Below are positions 15,101 through 27,100 of a stretch of DNA of 64,000 bases, piece by piece (the first letter of the stretch is position 1; the number at the start of each line of letters is the position of its first letter). Origin of the DNA: Balanoglossus misakiensis (Eukaryota > Animalia > Hemichordata). Location: contig CM082585.2 in NCBI GenBank assembly GCA_040954595.2, positions 10,218,564-10,282,563 of the forward strand. The letters run 5' to 3'. Position numbers and translations under genes: made by a program. The notes under the pieces are model-generated. The model was not told the DNA's origin and did no database searches. It saw only the letters and a program-made list of their open reading frames with translations.

Positions 15101-18100
15101 GAACCCGAGCAAGAGGCCAGAGACATAATCACCAAGAATCGTCATGTCCTTTTAATTAAACTTTTGACGTGACGAAGTAGATGGCCACGGTACTCCAAGC
15201 TCTCCACTGAAAGGGCAGAGGGACGACACTCCACGTGGCACCGAGTCGAAATTAATGAGCAAACTGGTTATATACAGCTGTCAGAACCTGCGTGCTAAAT
15301 GTCAACAGAAGCTCATCTTCGATCAATGTTGCATTTTCGTCCTACTTTTGCGACAGACTGTGTCGGAATTGCAGAAAGTAGAAAAAACCCTACTAGAACT
15401 GGAATTTTAAGAGTATTCTTGATTGAATCATTAAGCTTATGCACTGTACAGATAATTTACCACATTAGCACGCATCCCGTTTCTTGGTCGTAACTCCTTC
15501 CCTTTAACTCGGTCAGATACATCAATATTGCGAGCAACTCTCGGGTGCTTTTAATTCAAACTCATAATATGCATTAATTGACAAGAGAAACGCGGAAATG
15601 GTTCGGTTTTATTGTCATTAACGTATTTGTTCGAATTAAGGAAGGATTACAACTATAAAAGACTACCCCCGCGTTCTTGGAAGCCGCATCTGACCGTAAA
15701 AAAGATACGAGCTTATCTCCCTTTATGGTCCTTTTTTACCGAGGACTTGATTTGAACTTTACCGAGAAAACGAAGGCTTACTGTAATGCCCACACAATTG
15801 TATTATTCAATCCATTTTCTGTGTTGCATTTGAAGATATGGGCGAGCCACTTGGAATTGAAAACGGCTTAGTGAAAGACTCTCAGATGACGGCGTCGAGC
15901 AGGCTAACAGACGGCGGCCCCGAACGAGCCCGATTGAACGGCGTTGCGGCCACCGGCTCATCGGCCTGGTGCTCCGCCATCACCGATGACACACAGTGGC
16001 TCCAAGTCGACTTACTCGCCCCAACTCACGTGACCGCCATCACGGTTCAAGGGAGAGGGGATGGCGGCGTGGACGCGTTTGTCACCAATTTTACCGTCTC
16101 CTACGGACACAATGGATACAGCTGGTTTGGTTATAAGAAATCCAACGGAGATTTAGAGGTAACAATTTATCTGATGAAATAAAATAACAAAGGGGTCTGT
16201 CTGTCTGTCCGTTGTCTGTCTGTCTGTCTGTGTATGTATGTATGTGTAGATGGATGGTTGGCGTTTCGTTTTGTATTCAATTGTTTTAAATGTTACTTCG
16301 CAGCATAAATTATGAGATATATAATTCTTGTATCAATACACAAAGGATAATACTTTTATGATTGACTTCCATTTTGTATTATTTTTTCATGACAGTCATT
16401 CCAAGGGTCTTATGATAACGATACCCCTGTCACTCATCCGTTACTCAACTCACTGATATCTGCTCGATACATACGCGTGCATCCCGTTGCCTGGACGACA
16501 GCTATTTGCATGAGAATAGAGATTCATGGCATTCAGAACTCGGGTAAGTTTCACACAAACTTTTATCCATATCAAAGCCGGCATGTTCTGTTGAATTCAC
16601 TTTATCACATATAGTCTCCCCACAGCAAGCCATAAAAGTACACAAAGCCCGCGAACATCAGTAACTCTGGCCTGTAGCCCCACTCTTTCTTAGAGAAGAT
16701 TTTTAATCCTCGAAAGTAGACAGGCGGCCATCTTTTGAAAATGAAATAATTTCGAAATATCTCGTGTACTCAATTTCAGCATTATAACTATCTACTTAAG
16801 TGGATTAAACTGAATGTATTGCACCACGATGAATACGTACCTGATACATTCACATTTTATTTGATAAGGTAGTCACGAACCTTATATGTGATATTTTTTT
16901 CGAAACCGTGAATCTCAGCGAGGACAATACAACATCCTTTACACAGCGAGTATATTCAAACAACATAAACATAAAATCGTATTTTGTATGCAAACTTTTC
17001 TGTGACAGTAGTAGGCCTATTGCTTTTTCATTGAAAATGTGATGTAGACGTACATTTTAATTGTTCTTGTTGGCGTTCTATGCGAGTTTTGCTGTGTTTT
17101 CATCATATGTGTATGTTCCCATGTTTTTCTGAATATCAGTATGTCTGATTTGCCTACAGGTTACACGGAGGCCCATTATGACGGACTTGTCCCGAGCCCT
17201 ACTTCGGCCATGGTTATGCAGTCCTCCACTGATTTCGACGCCATGCACGCTGCCGACCAAGGGCAACTGTCCAATCCGTCATCGGCGTGGAGACCGGCCG
17301 ATGGCGACGCCTCGCCGTGGCTGCAAGTCGATCTGGGCGATGTTGCCACGGTAACGGGTGTGGTCACGCAAGGGCATCCCGCTGCAGCGCAGTGGACGAC
17401 GGGATATGCGTTAAACTTCAGCGAAGATTCGTTCGTTTGGGATGGTTTCACTACGCCAATGGTGAGTTTGCCTCATACACTGTAACATAAGCTAAAATTG
17501 AAAGGCTTGAAGGAGTGTCACTTTTCAGAAAAGCTCGCCCCGAGGCGCATACTCCTTTTAAGGTCAGGTTGTTCAGAAGTGCATTGATGTCCTGGGCGGA
17601 TTGATGGTTTTTATATCACGTGCAAGTCCTTTGACACCCTCGGGGGGATTGGTTCACGCTGGCTTACAATGAGACTGTTTGCTCTGTCCACGGTTATTCC
17701 ACCCTGCAAAAGGCCGCGGTACAATGTATTCTGCAGTGGTGTGTGTTTCCATTATGTATACGACTATTGCCGAATTCGGCCGCTGTTGGGACATACAGAG
17801 TCTTTCAACTTCTTTAGTCCGCTCTACGGTCGCATGTGAGCGCCAGTTCTCCCAGCGCCTGGGCTGTGGACAGCCCTGCACATAGGCGCAGAATTGGCGC
17901 TCACAGGTGACTGTGGTCCGCTCAATTGCTCAAAATGCATGCCGAATGTTAAAAGTGCTTAACGTTAGTTTCATACCCTGCTGCGAGAAACACATATAGC
18001 TGGGTTTTACTTAGAGAGCGAATCCGTAACAAGAACCGTACACCAATAGGTTATATGTGCAGTAAGCCAGAACGATCCAGTTCAGATGAAAGGTCATAGC

Positions 18101-21100
18101 CATCCCGTATCTTCTCTCCATCGGACCAATGGAATATCCGATCCAGAAAATGATCCTGGCAAAGACGAACAGGAAGACGAAAACAGGGATATACCTCAAC
18201 CCATCGCTATCCATATAAGACGCCATGATGAGTTTTCCTGGAATACTTATCGCCACCTGTTCGAAGGTGTTCTGAAGACATCGACTGTAGACGTCGATTC
18301 TTTCGGTGTCTTTCTTGACCAACGGGTCGATCTGCGCCGTCAGGAAGCGAGTGTTGGCGACGGCGCCGATTCCGCCGAGCAGCAGGATCAGCTCGAAGAC
18401 CAACCAGCGGAGGGTGTAGACCAGCCGCTCGGCGAGGAGTGGAGCGTTGGGCGTCGGAATCGGCAGAACGCTCGCCAACGCGAAGGTCGAAACGATGACC
18501 AGTATACACACCGGTTGGCATTTGAGGATGAGCATCTGCGTTGGAGTCAAATTGAACATTTTTTGGGACATGTAAAGACACTATATTAAACTAATACGAA
18601 TGTCCCAGATACTGGTCACCTCTCTCTATGTCATGAACCTTGACCTATAATCGACGCTCCCCGGTCAGGTTAATTATTGTTGGTGTACGTGTATGATATT
18701 GAATATTATAAATAAAATCAGTGCTGACCATACATATCTGTATATAATCAGACACAGCTTTGATGTATCGCACCACAATCTCTCCAACACAAGACAACAT
18801 ATGTTATGTAAAATGGCACGGTTAACGTAGAGATAAGTGTATATATTTGATAATGATGTTTTGTGAAGTGTGTGTTTCCTTTTTTGTACACTGCCATAAA
18901 CAGAGCATTGTTCGCTGTTCTATAACCCCACGTTCCTTTGTGGGTCAAGAATTCTGGGCCCCTGTTATATCCACTGAGTTTCAATGTTTATCTGACCTCT
19001 TAAAGTGTTCTCATTCTGTCCTGGTTGTGATGTACTGGCTTTGAAACACCTCTACCTTTTTCGTTGTAGAACTTGACCTCAAATTACGATCAAGAGACAC
19101 AACTTGCCGTTATGTTGGTCCAGCCAATCACAGCACGGTATGTGAAGATACTGCCAACTACTTACCACCTGGCCGTCTCTCTCAGAGTTGTCCTACTCGG
19201 CTACACAGGTAATTTGCATAATGTTTGCATATTGTTTTATTCCTCGCAGTCTACGTTTATACCTTTTTTAATTGCGAGCGGAGACCAAGCGAAATCCACC
19301 CACATTCCTGCACGTCCTTCGGTATCCCGTTGTAACTAGGCAACGCCACTGGCAAAGTGATCACAAGCATCTTTCTCAAAACGACACATCAGCCATTGCA
19401 CCCTAATTCTGATTGACTCGGTGTCCTTTCAATGTGTCAAAACCAGCAAATGCCGTAACTCTCTTTGCTGCCAGTGTCACGGGGCACTGTGTTTAGACGC
19501 CCTCGCAACGGACTGTACAGCTCAAAAATATATTACCAACGTATTTCTTCATTTACGTCGGACATGTCACTTTACGCATGTTTTAGGAGGAAAGGCTTAA
19601 CGGCGGAAGAAAAGGGTTGTCGGGGTGATAAATTTTATTGCCGTTCCCTTGAAAAACTTGCGATCATTTTGCGGAACATAATAAGCGTGATTGCTGTTAT
19701 TACCATCGAAACAGTTTTTTAATATCACGATATACATGAAACAAATTAAACATTCATCTGTAGATGGCGTTGGTAAGTGGGTGCGAATTTCAACGGCCAC
19801 GCAGCAGCTTACGGTTTTGAGTAAAAGCTTCCCGGGCGGTTTCTGTTATGGCGCACGAGTCGAGTATTTCACTTTTGTTTCATTAAACGAAGAAATGCCT
19901 TTTTTATGAAAAGCCGCTGGGGTTACCATGGTGTAATGTAAGTTTCAGGGTGGTGACGAGATACTAAAACGGTTTTATATTCTCCGTAGAAACCCAGAAC
20001 TTTAAGGAGCTTTAGCGGCCGTGCACGAAAAAAACATGAAATGACAGCGTGGCAGTGTCTTTTGAAAACAAAATCTTACGAAATGTCACAAGGAAAAGTA
20101 CATGGTATTCAATAGTAGCAGTAAATCGCACCACGGAAAAATTAAATGGGGGATTCCAAATATTCTTGTAGTAAAGGTCTTTGGAGCCGAAAGCAGTGTA
20201 TACGTTCAGGCGTGGGGAATAGCACGTGTAATTTAGTGTTAATTTTTGATATTTTTTTTCGGTGCCAAAAATTTAATTTTAAAATTATGAAGTCAAACGA
20301 AATTCTTTGTGTGATATGCATACCCTATCTGTGCGTAAATTTTGTCTTTAGTGTTGCTCATTTTGTGTGTGTTCATAGAATCAAAAATAGTACGTTTCTC
20401 AAATGATTTGGGGAAAAATAAATGGCCAGTACGGGGCTCGAACCCGCGACATTCGCGTTATTAGCACGACGCTCTAACCAACTGAGCTAACCGGCCGCTT
20501 GTGATGGCTTCAGAAGTATGTATGTCTGTGGTAGTTCAGTGGTATGTGATAATGAGTATTTACTCTCTCCTCTGCCCCCCTCTTCCCTCAGCTGAACCAT
20601 TAGCAACGACGCCACAAGGAGTAACAACTACTACACTCTCAGTGGCCACGAGGATTCAGATGATTCAAAATGCCGCCATGGTACGTAAGTCTCACTATCG
20701 TGACACATACAGTTCGGGATCAGTCACACGAGAATAATCCTAGTCAGTCTTTATTTTGAAAAGGGACAGAATCTCTTTTAATGAGCTTAAAGTAAATGTA
20801 AGGCCAAGGCTTGCCTGCAGGAAAATGTCAAAAAGATTTCCCTCATTTACTTGATGAACCCATACATTTAATAGCTTCCCTCTTGAAACAATAAAGGCGA
20901 ATGAAGTCATTGGTTTTATTTGCGTCGCCGTAATTTCAAATATGGCGATTTCATTTATTCCGGTCGGCAAAGTGAACCGATTAAAATCGAGTCATTCACA
21001 AACTTGAGAAGCCGACTGAGTCCAAATCCTGATCGACAGTGCGTTCAAAGTGACATGAACTCGGATTTTATAGTGGTACGCGAAATTGTGGCGCCAGTTT

Positions 21101-24100
21101 GCTCGCAAGTAATCCATGAAGTTGATAGTTGTGACGACATTAGCGCCCGCAAGCACGACACAAAGGCCGCCATTTTGGATTTTCCTTTCCAATAAATAAA
21201 TTTACGGAATCATGAAATATTTGCTGTATTTCTGTATCCTAAAGGCTATCGATAAAACTTGAAATAAATTATGAGGTGTTCAGGCGATGCGTTAATTTAA
21301 TGTTTCAGATTTCCGAAGTTTATGACGCTGTCGTCTATAACAACCTCATCCTCGATGACGTAAACCAGGCCGCATTGGACAGACTGCCAGAAATCTTACA
21401 GGGTAAAGTAAACTGGTCCTTGGACGAGGTCGAAGATACCGTGGCGACGATGAGGGAATGCGCAAATACCGCAGCCATCACCAATGGCAACCAAGAGGTA
21501 AAAGTGTTTGAATACGTATGAATCATTATGTTTTATCTTGAATAACCAACTCAGGAATTAATACTTCGCTGTCATTATGTTAGTATGCGTGTATGACAGT
21601 TGACATTCTCTTCTATTCGTTGCATTAATTACCAATTTCTTTTTTTTTCAGTCTTTCTTCGAAATAATGGACAGAGTTCTCGGAGTTGACATTAGTGGAC
21701 TGTCGGGAGATCAGGCCGTGGTGAGTTTGGCTGGCTGTTTCTGTCTGTCTGTCTGTATGTGTACATGCCTTCCTGTCTGTCAGTCTGTCTGCCTGTCTCG
21801 CTCCCTGCTCATATCCTTGTGGCTGCAAAACGACCTCTCTTGACGACAATAATCTTACGGATTGCTATCTAAGATCTCTGCTCAATTTCGCATGCTGCAT
21901 GCATCGAATATATACTTCAATACGTTTATTCACAAATGAGATCCGGTGTTTGGACATACGTGCTCACTGACATATAAGCGGCAGACGTGTTTTGAAGCGT
22001 GTTTTTTATTTTGTCGGTTTGAAGCTGAATCACCTGGCCAGTGACGTCATGGTCAGCATGGAGAGATTTGCGGTGGAAATGTCTTCAAATATGGCGACGG
22101 GACAAACAGACAAGGTCAAGACGGGTCAGAACGTAGGTGAGTTCATCACTTGACGTGTGTGACGTCACACGTCGCCTTGCGATGGCTCAAAATGCATTTT
22201 CTGCAATACCGGTTGTCTAATTCTCTTTTACAGTTTTCACAGAATTCCTCGCCTGCCGATAAATGCAATAAGTCGCTTTCATCACCCACTTTAATCATCG
22301 CTAAAACGACTTTTAATATCCGATGCAGCGAAGAGAGATTTAAACTTGCGGGATATTCAATTCAGTGAAAGAAACGTAAAGAAACAATTACGCCATTTTA
22401 TTGTCGTCAAGATCTCCGATCTGTGCGCTCGAAAACAACATGTCAGTCACCGGATGTCAGATTTACGAACATAACTCATCTTACAAAACACGTATGAAGT
22501 ATAGCAACACCAAGGGATTAGAAAGCGGCGATGTTTTCAATACAGTGCGGTCTGTCCTCAATTCTAACAGCACGAAAGCTGGCTCGCATGCGTGCGCTCA
22601 TGATTGACACAACAATTAAGTTATAATCAGTCAAAATCTACCTGCCGTGGTGTTCCTTTTTGGTGGCGTTATCTGACTACGCTGAACGAAAAATGAAGGA
22701 ATCGATCGAAAGCCAGATTTTGAGCTCGTCATAATTCAGAACGATAGAACTGATTAACTATAATGTCAGTGACATCAATCATTTTATCTTCAGCTAAGGA
22801 TGAGTAATATCGAATATGAAATTAGAAGTTATGGCTATCGTCCTTATATGGAAATCACATAGTCATGATGTTTATCACGAGAACAGTCATCCCATGAGCG
22901 TAATAAAATATTTCAATAAAATTCCAATAATTTTATTTTTGAATCGATTTTTCATAATCTTTATTGGTTTCTACTTTTTTAGAAATCCGAATAGAGTCTG
23001 TTGTAGCCGAAGATATCGACCTCTCGACCGGAACTCTCACACTCTATGACGATGTTCACGAGAATAGTTTGAGAATTCATCTTACCAGCGAACAACTCGC
23101 GGGAAATAACGGTACGTGCAGCCGATATTGATGTCCACAATACATTTACAAGCGTTAGCCCTGTTCAGATTGAGTGCTCGAAGTGACGAAACAACCAAAC
23201 TTGGCTCAGAGATACCCTATTAAAATTTACATCTATAATTCACACTTTATATTATGAATATGAGTGCCGAAGGTACCATTTCAGCTAATTCTTGAATGTT
23301 TGATATTCCACCAACAGATTTCAAAATATCCACTATTAAATACGAAACGCTGCACCAAAACATCGGAACCAGCATGGAGAACGACCAGGTCAACGAGAGT
23401 CAACTGTGGCAAACGTCCGTCGTCAGTCACGTGTTCTCCTACGTCATCATTGGCGACGTAGTGGAAAGTAATTACGTCAGTCAGGAAAATCCTGTCTACT
23501 TGAATTTCAAAAATACACAGGTAAGGCGATGTTTCAATGTATGGACGACAAGGGCAATGTCACGTGGTGTGTAGCTGGCCAATGAGCTGCGAATGATCGA
23601 ATATTGAAAGCCATCATTACTGAAACAATAAATTGTGATGACGTACCACAAAATTTAACCTGGAGGATAGGTAACGTGACCGACTTAGTTTCTCCGAGGC
23701 TGGCTTGAAAGTTGAATGTCCCATAAAAAAACTGCCATAGTCATCTAATAACAGTCACTATCAATTGGTTACTGGATATTTTTCGCGGCGAGGCAAAATT
23801 TCATTACAATTATCCTGTTGCCATTCAATCGGCAATCCATGCGTAATCTGTTTGCGCAAATGGGAACGAGGAAATTAACAAGATTGCTGAAAATGTGATT
23901 TGGCGAGACCTGTCGATGATTGGCCGCCACCTCGTCCATTTTATCGTCTGCGTAATCAACCTAATTTTGCAAACCAAAATGATATTTCAGGAAACGCAGA
24001 TTTTAGCAGTCGATGAAGTATAGCTTCAAAAGCTACACGTTATTGAATAAGTCTTCTGTTTGCATCCTCAAAGATACATTTGCGTTTTTTAATTTAATTT

Positions 24101-27100
24101 TCTATTATACCCGATTCTTTGCAGGAGACTCCAGAAGATCATAATGACGTATGCGTCTTTTGGAAATTCGACGAAGGGTAAGAATTTTAGGACTTAATGG
24201 AAATCACTGTCAAATTTACGCTGATGAACGATAATCAACCCGCACAGACAAATAAAAACCACCAATTTATCCGTATTAACTATTTTCCAATCTCAGGGCC
24301 GTATAATCAGCGACCTTAGACCTTTAAGTTTACGGATATTGGCTTGCTTGCTTTGTGTAGAAGTTATGAAGTAGGAACTAATGTGAAAATGATCAATTTA
24401 TTTTATCTTGATTAAGGGCAAGTCAAAATCTTAATTCATAAATAATTCCACACATTTGATTTTATAAACATAACTGGATATTTTGACAGATCCACCAGCG
24501 GTGTCTGGGCAACAACGGGATGCGTTGTGGATGTGCGGACGAAAACGGACACGACATGCAAATGTGACCATCTTACAAACTTTGCCGTTCTCATGCGTGT
24601 CACCCCTGATAGGGTAGGTGTAAATATGTCGTGCTAAAAACCAACGTTTGAATTTGTTTCCCTGTGTCCTTGTGACGTTCTGTTCTGACTCTCAATTATT
24701 TTCTTGTTCTTTAAAGGTTATTTCTTCCGCCGATTCTATGGCGTTGGAGCTTCTCACGTACATCGGGACGATATCGTCCATCATCTCTTTACTGTTTGCT
24801 GTCCTAGTGTACGGCTACCTCAGGTGAGAATATATTGTCGTGTCCTCCTCTACGTCAGAGATGCGGACAAACATTGTAGGGTCAACGCCCGGGTCTCTGT
24901 TGCACACCTGTACTGTTCCAAGAGTGCAGAGCGTAATAGGCCAATCACGAGTCCTGTGGTCTACCTGTTTCAGATGTGCGAAAAGTAATTGACCAATTAG
25001 AATCGTCGGGGTATAAATAAATTAGTCAAAACCCTTGAAAACCTGAAAGTGGTCTATCATTGCCAGTTCACACGTCGCTCTTCTGTCAAAAGTCACCCGT
25101 GGTTCTTTGGTCACGGTACTCGTCATGAATTACAGTAATCCTCTTCACAACGTTTGATTATCTGGATAAGGCGAACGAGACGTGAGTTATTGCAGGCAAT
25201 GCATTGTCTGTGATATAAGCTTACGTTGTAATGAGCTTGGTTGAAGTCGCGTGTCTTTGAGTTATAAGAAGACGAATGCAGCTCTCTCAATCGTGAGATA
25301 CGTGTTTATTTGCTTCACGCCCTGTCTGGAGAGTTGTAATGTAAATTATAATCCCCACCGAATTAAAACGTATACAAATTTTACTTACACAGATTATTGA
25401 AGATTCAGCGGATTATAATCCATGCTAATCTTGCGATATCCCTTGCCCTGGCTCAGCTTATTTACATCAGTGGTATCCAAGCAACCTTCGATGAGGTAAG
25501 TCAGAAGGTAAACTTAAAAACAAAACGATCAAAACAGTGTCGCGGTTGGTGGCGCATAACTCTTCTGTGACAGAATCCCTTCACCAGTTTTTAATCAGAA
25601 TGAACCACATCTTCCCCTTAAAATGAAACGACATGTACTCTGTCGGCACTGCCATTAATGTTATCAAGTTTCATATCAACACCATCAACTCATCACGTTG
25701 ACAGGTAAATGTACTTTTCTGCCTCGGGCAATATTAAGTAAATGGATTCTGTTGAAATGTATGATTTTTACATTCCCTTGTATTTTCCCCCCAGGGCCTG
25801 TGCACAGCCATCGCTATACTGCTGCATTACTTCTTTCTGGTGTCTTTCATGTGGATGTTACTAGAGGGAATTCAACTTTACACCAAGTCGGTTCACGTGT
25901 TCGCTTCGGGAATACGTACATGGGTGTTCATGGTCATTGGCTGGGGTATGTATGTTCGTAGTAAACAGCCATGTTGTTGTTGTTGTTTGCTGTGATGTGT
26001 GGTACAACGGTCAGATATATGTACCTATAGGAATCAGAAACACAGTAAAAATCAGGTCAAATCAAGTCTAAATGTTGATATACTCGATTTCCTTTAGGAA
26101 TTCCTGTCGTGGTTGTGTCCATAAGCGTTCCAGTTCGGTATGAAGGCTACGGAAGTGTTGACAGGTTGGGCCTTAGCGTTCTTACTGACATTTGAACATT
26201 TGCCCGAAGTGAAACACAACTCTGAATTTTAGTTTTGATAAATCGAATAGAATGTCAAACACTATCAAAAATACACTATTTTGTCAAATTTTGAACTGTT
26301 CTCTTACCTTACATACACTATGAATTCTGCACAGGACCTCATACAAATTTAACAAATATATGATCGTCTATATAAGTGAGCTTGCAAACAAAATAAATGT
26401 TTTTTTTCTCCCCCTGATCATTTCAGATGTTGGCTGTCCCTTGACGATGGTCTAATATGGGCATTCTTAGCACCTGTTCTCTTCGTCATTTCGGTAAGTT
26501 AATCACAGGTAATTTTATTGCTAATATTTCTGTGCAGGGTAGTTAGCTGAACATGATAAAAAACAGCAGCTTTATGGTAAGTTGATGGCAACGTTGTGTT
26601 CATGAGAATGACCTTAATTTTTAAAGGTGTAAATAGGGTATAAATAGGGGTAGCCAAATGGCGGCGTTCATTGTGGAACAGAAACAGCAACTGACTGGCG
26701 TAGTGGTCGAGAAGGAGGCAAAAGAGAAAATCAGGTACCTATATAGAGAAAAGTTTAAAGTAAGGAGAGCATATTGTACATCTCTGATAGCAAAACTTCG
26801 GTTGGAAACCTAAGTGTGTGTTCATCAGAGAGAGGGCAGGCAAATTACAGTGCATTGTGGGATACGAATAAATGAATAATTATGCAAAATAGTGCCTCCT
26901 GCTAATAACGCGAATGTAGCTGGTTCGAGCCGCGTACTGGCCATTTATTTTTTACATAAGGCACTTAAACTTGTAATATTTATGAAATGGACAGCAGTAT
27001 TGACTTTTCATGGTTTTGTTTCTGTTTTGATACACCATTTCCCGTTAAACTTTTATCTATATACCAGTCGTATAATGTAGACTGCCAGTGCGGCTGTACT

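Noticed and set aside
18011-18571. Horizontal transfer from bacteria as origin of the nested gene
   Set aside because: Being intronless and MAPEG-like is not enough, since animals have TMEM79-like genes; needs a phylogeny
18086-18589. 167-aa + strand ORF and the 124-aa alternate-frame minus ORF
   Set aside because: Shadows of the GC-rich nested MAPEG-like gene with no independent protein features
26639-26733. TATAAATA followed by a short ATG-started frame and possible donor inside a 7TM intron
   Set aside because: ATG too close to the TATA, weak donor, and phase does not match the next exon
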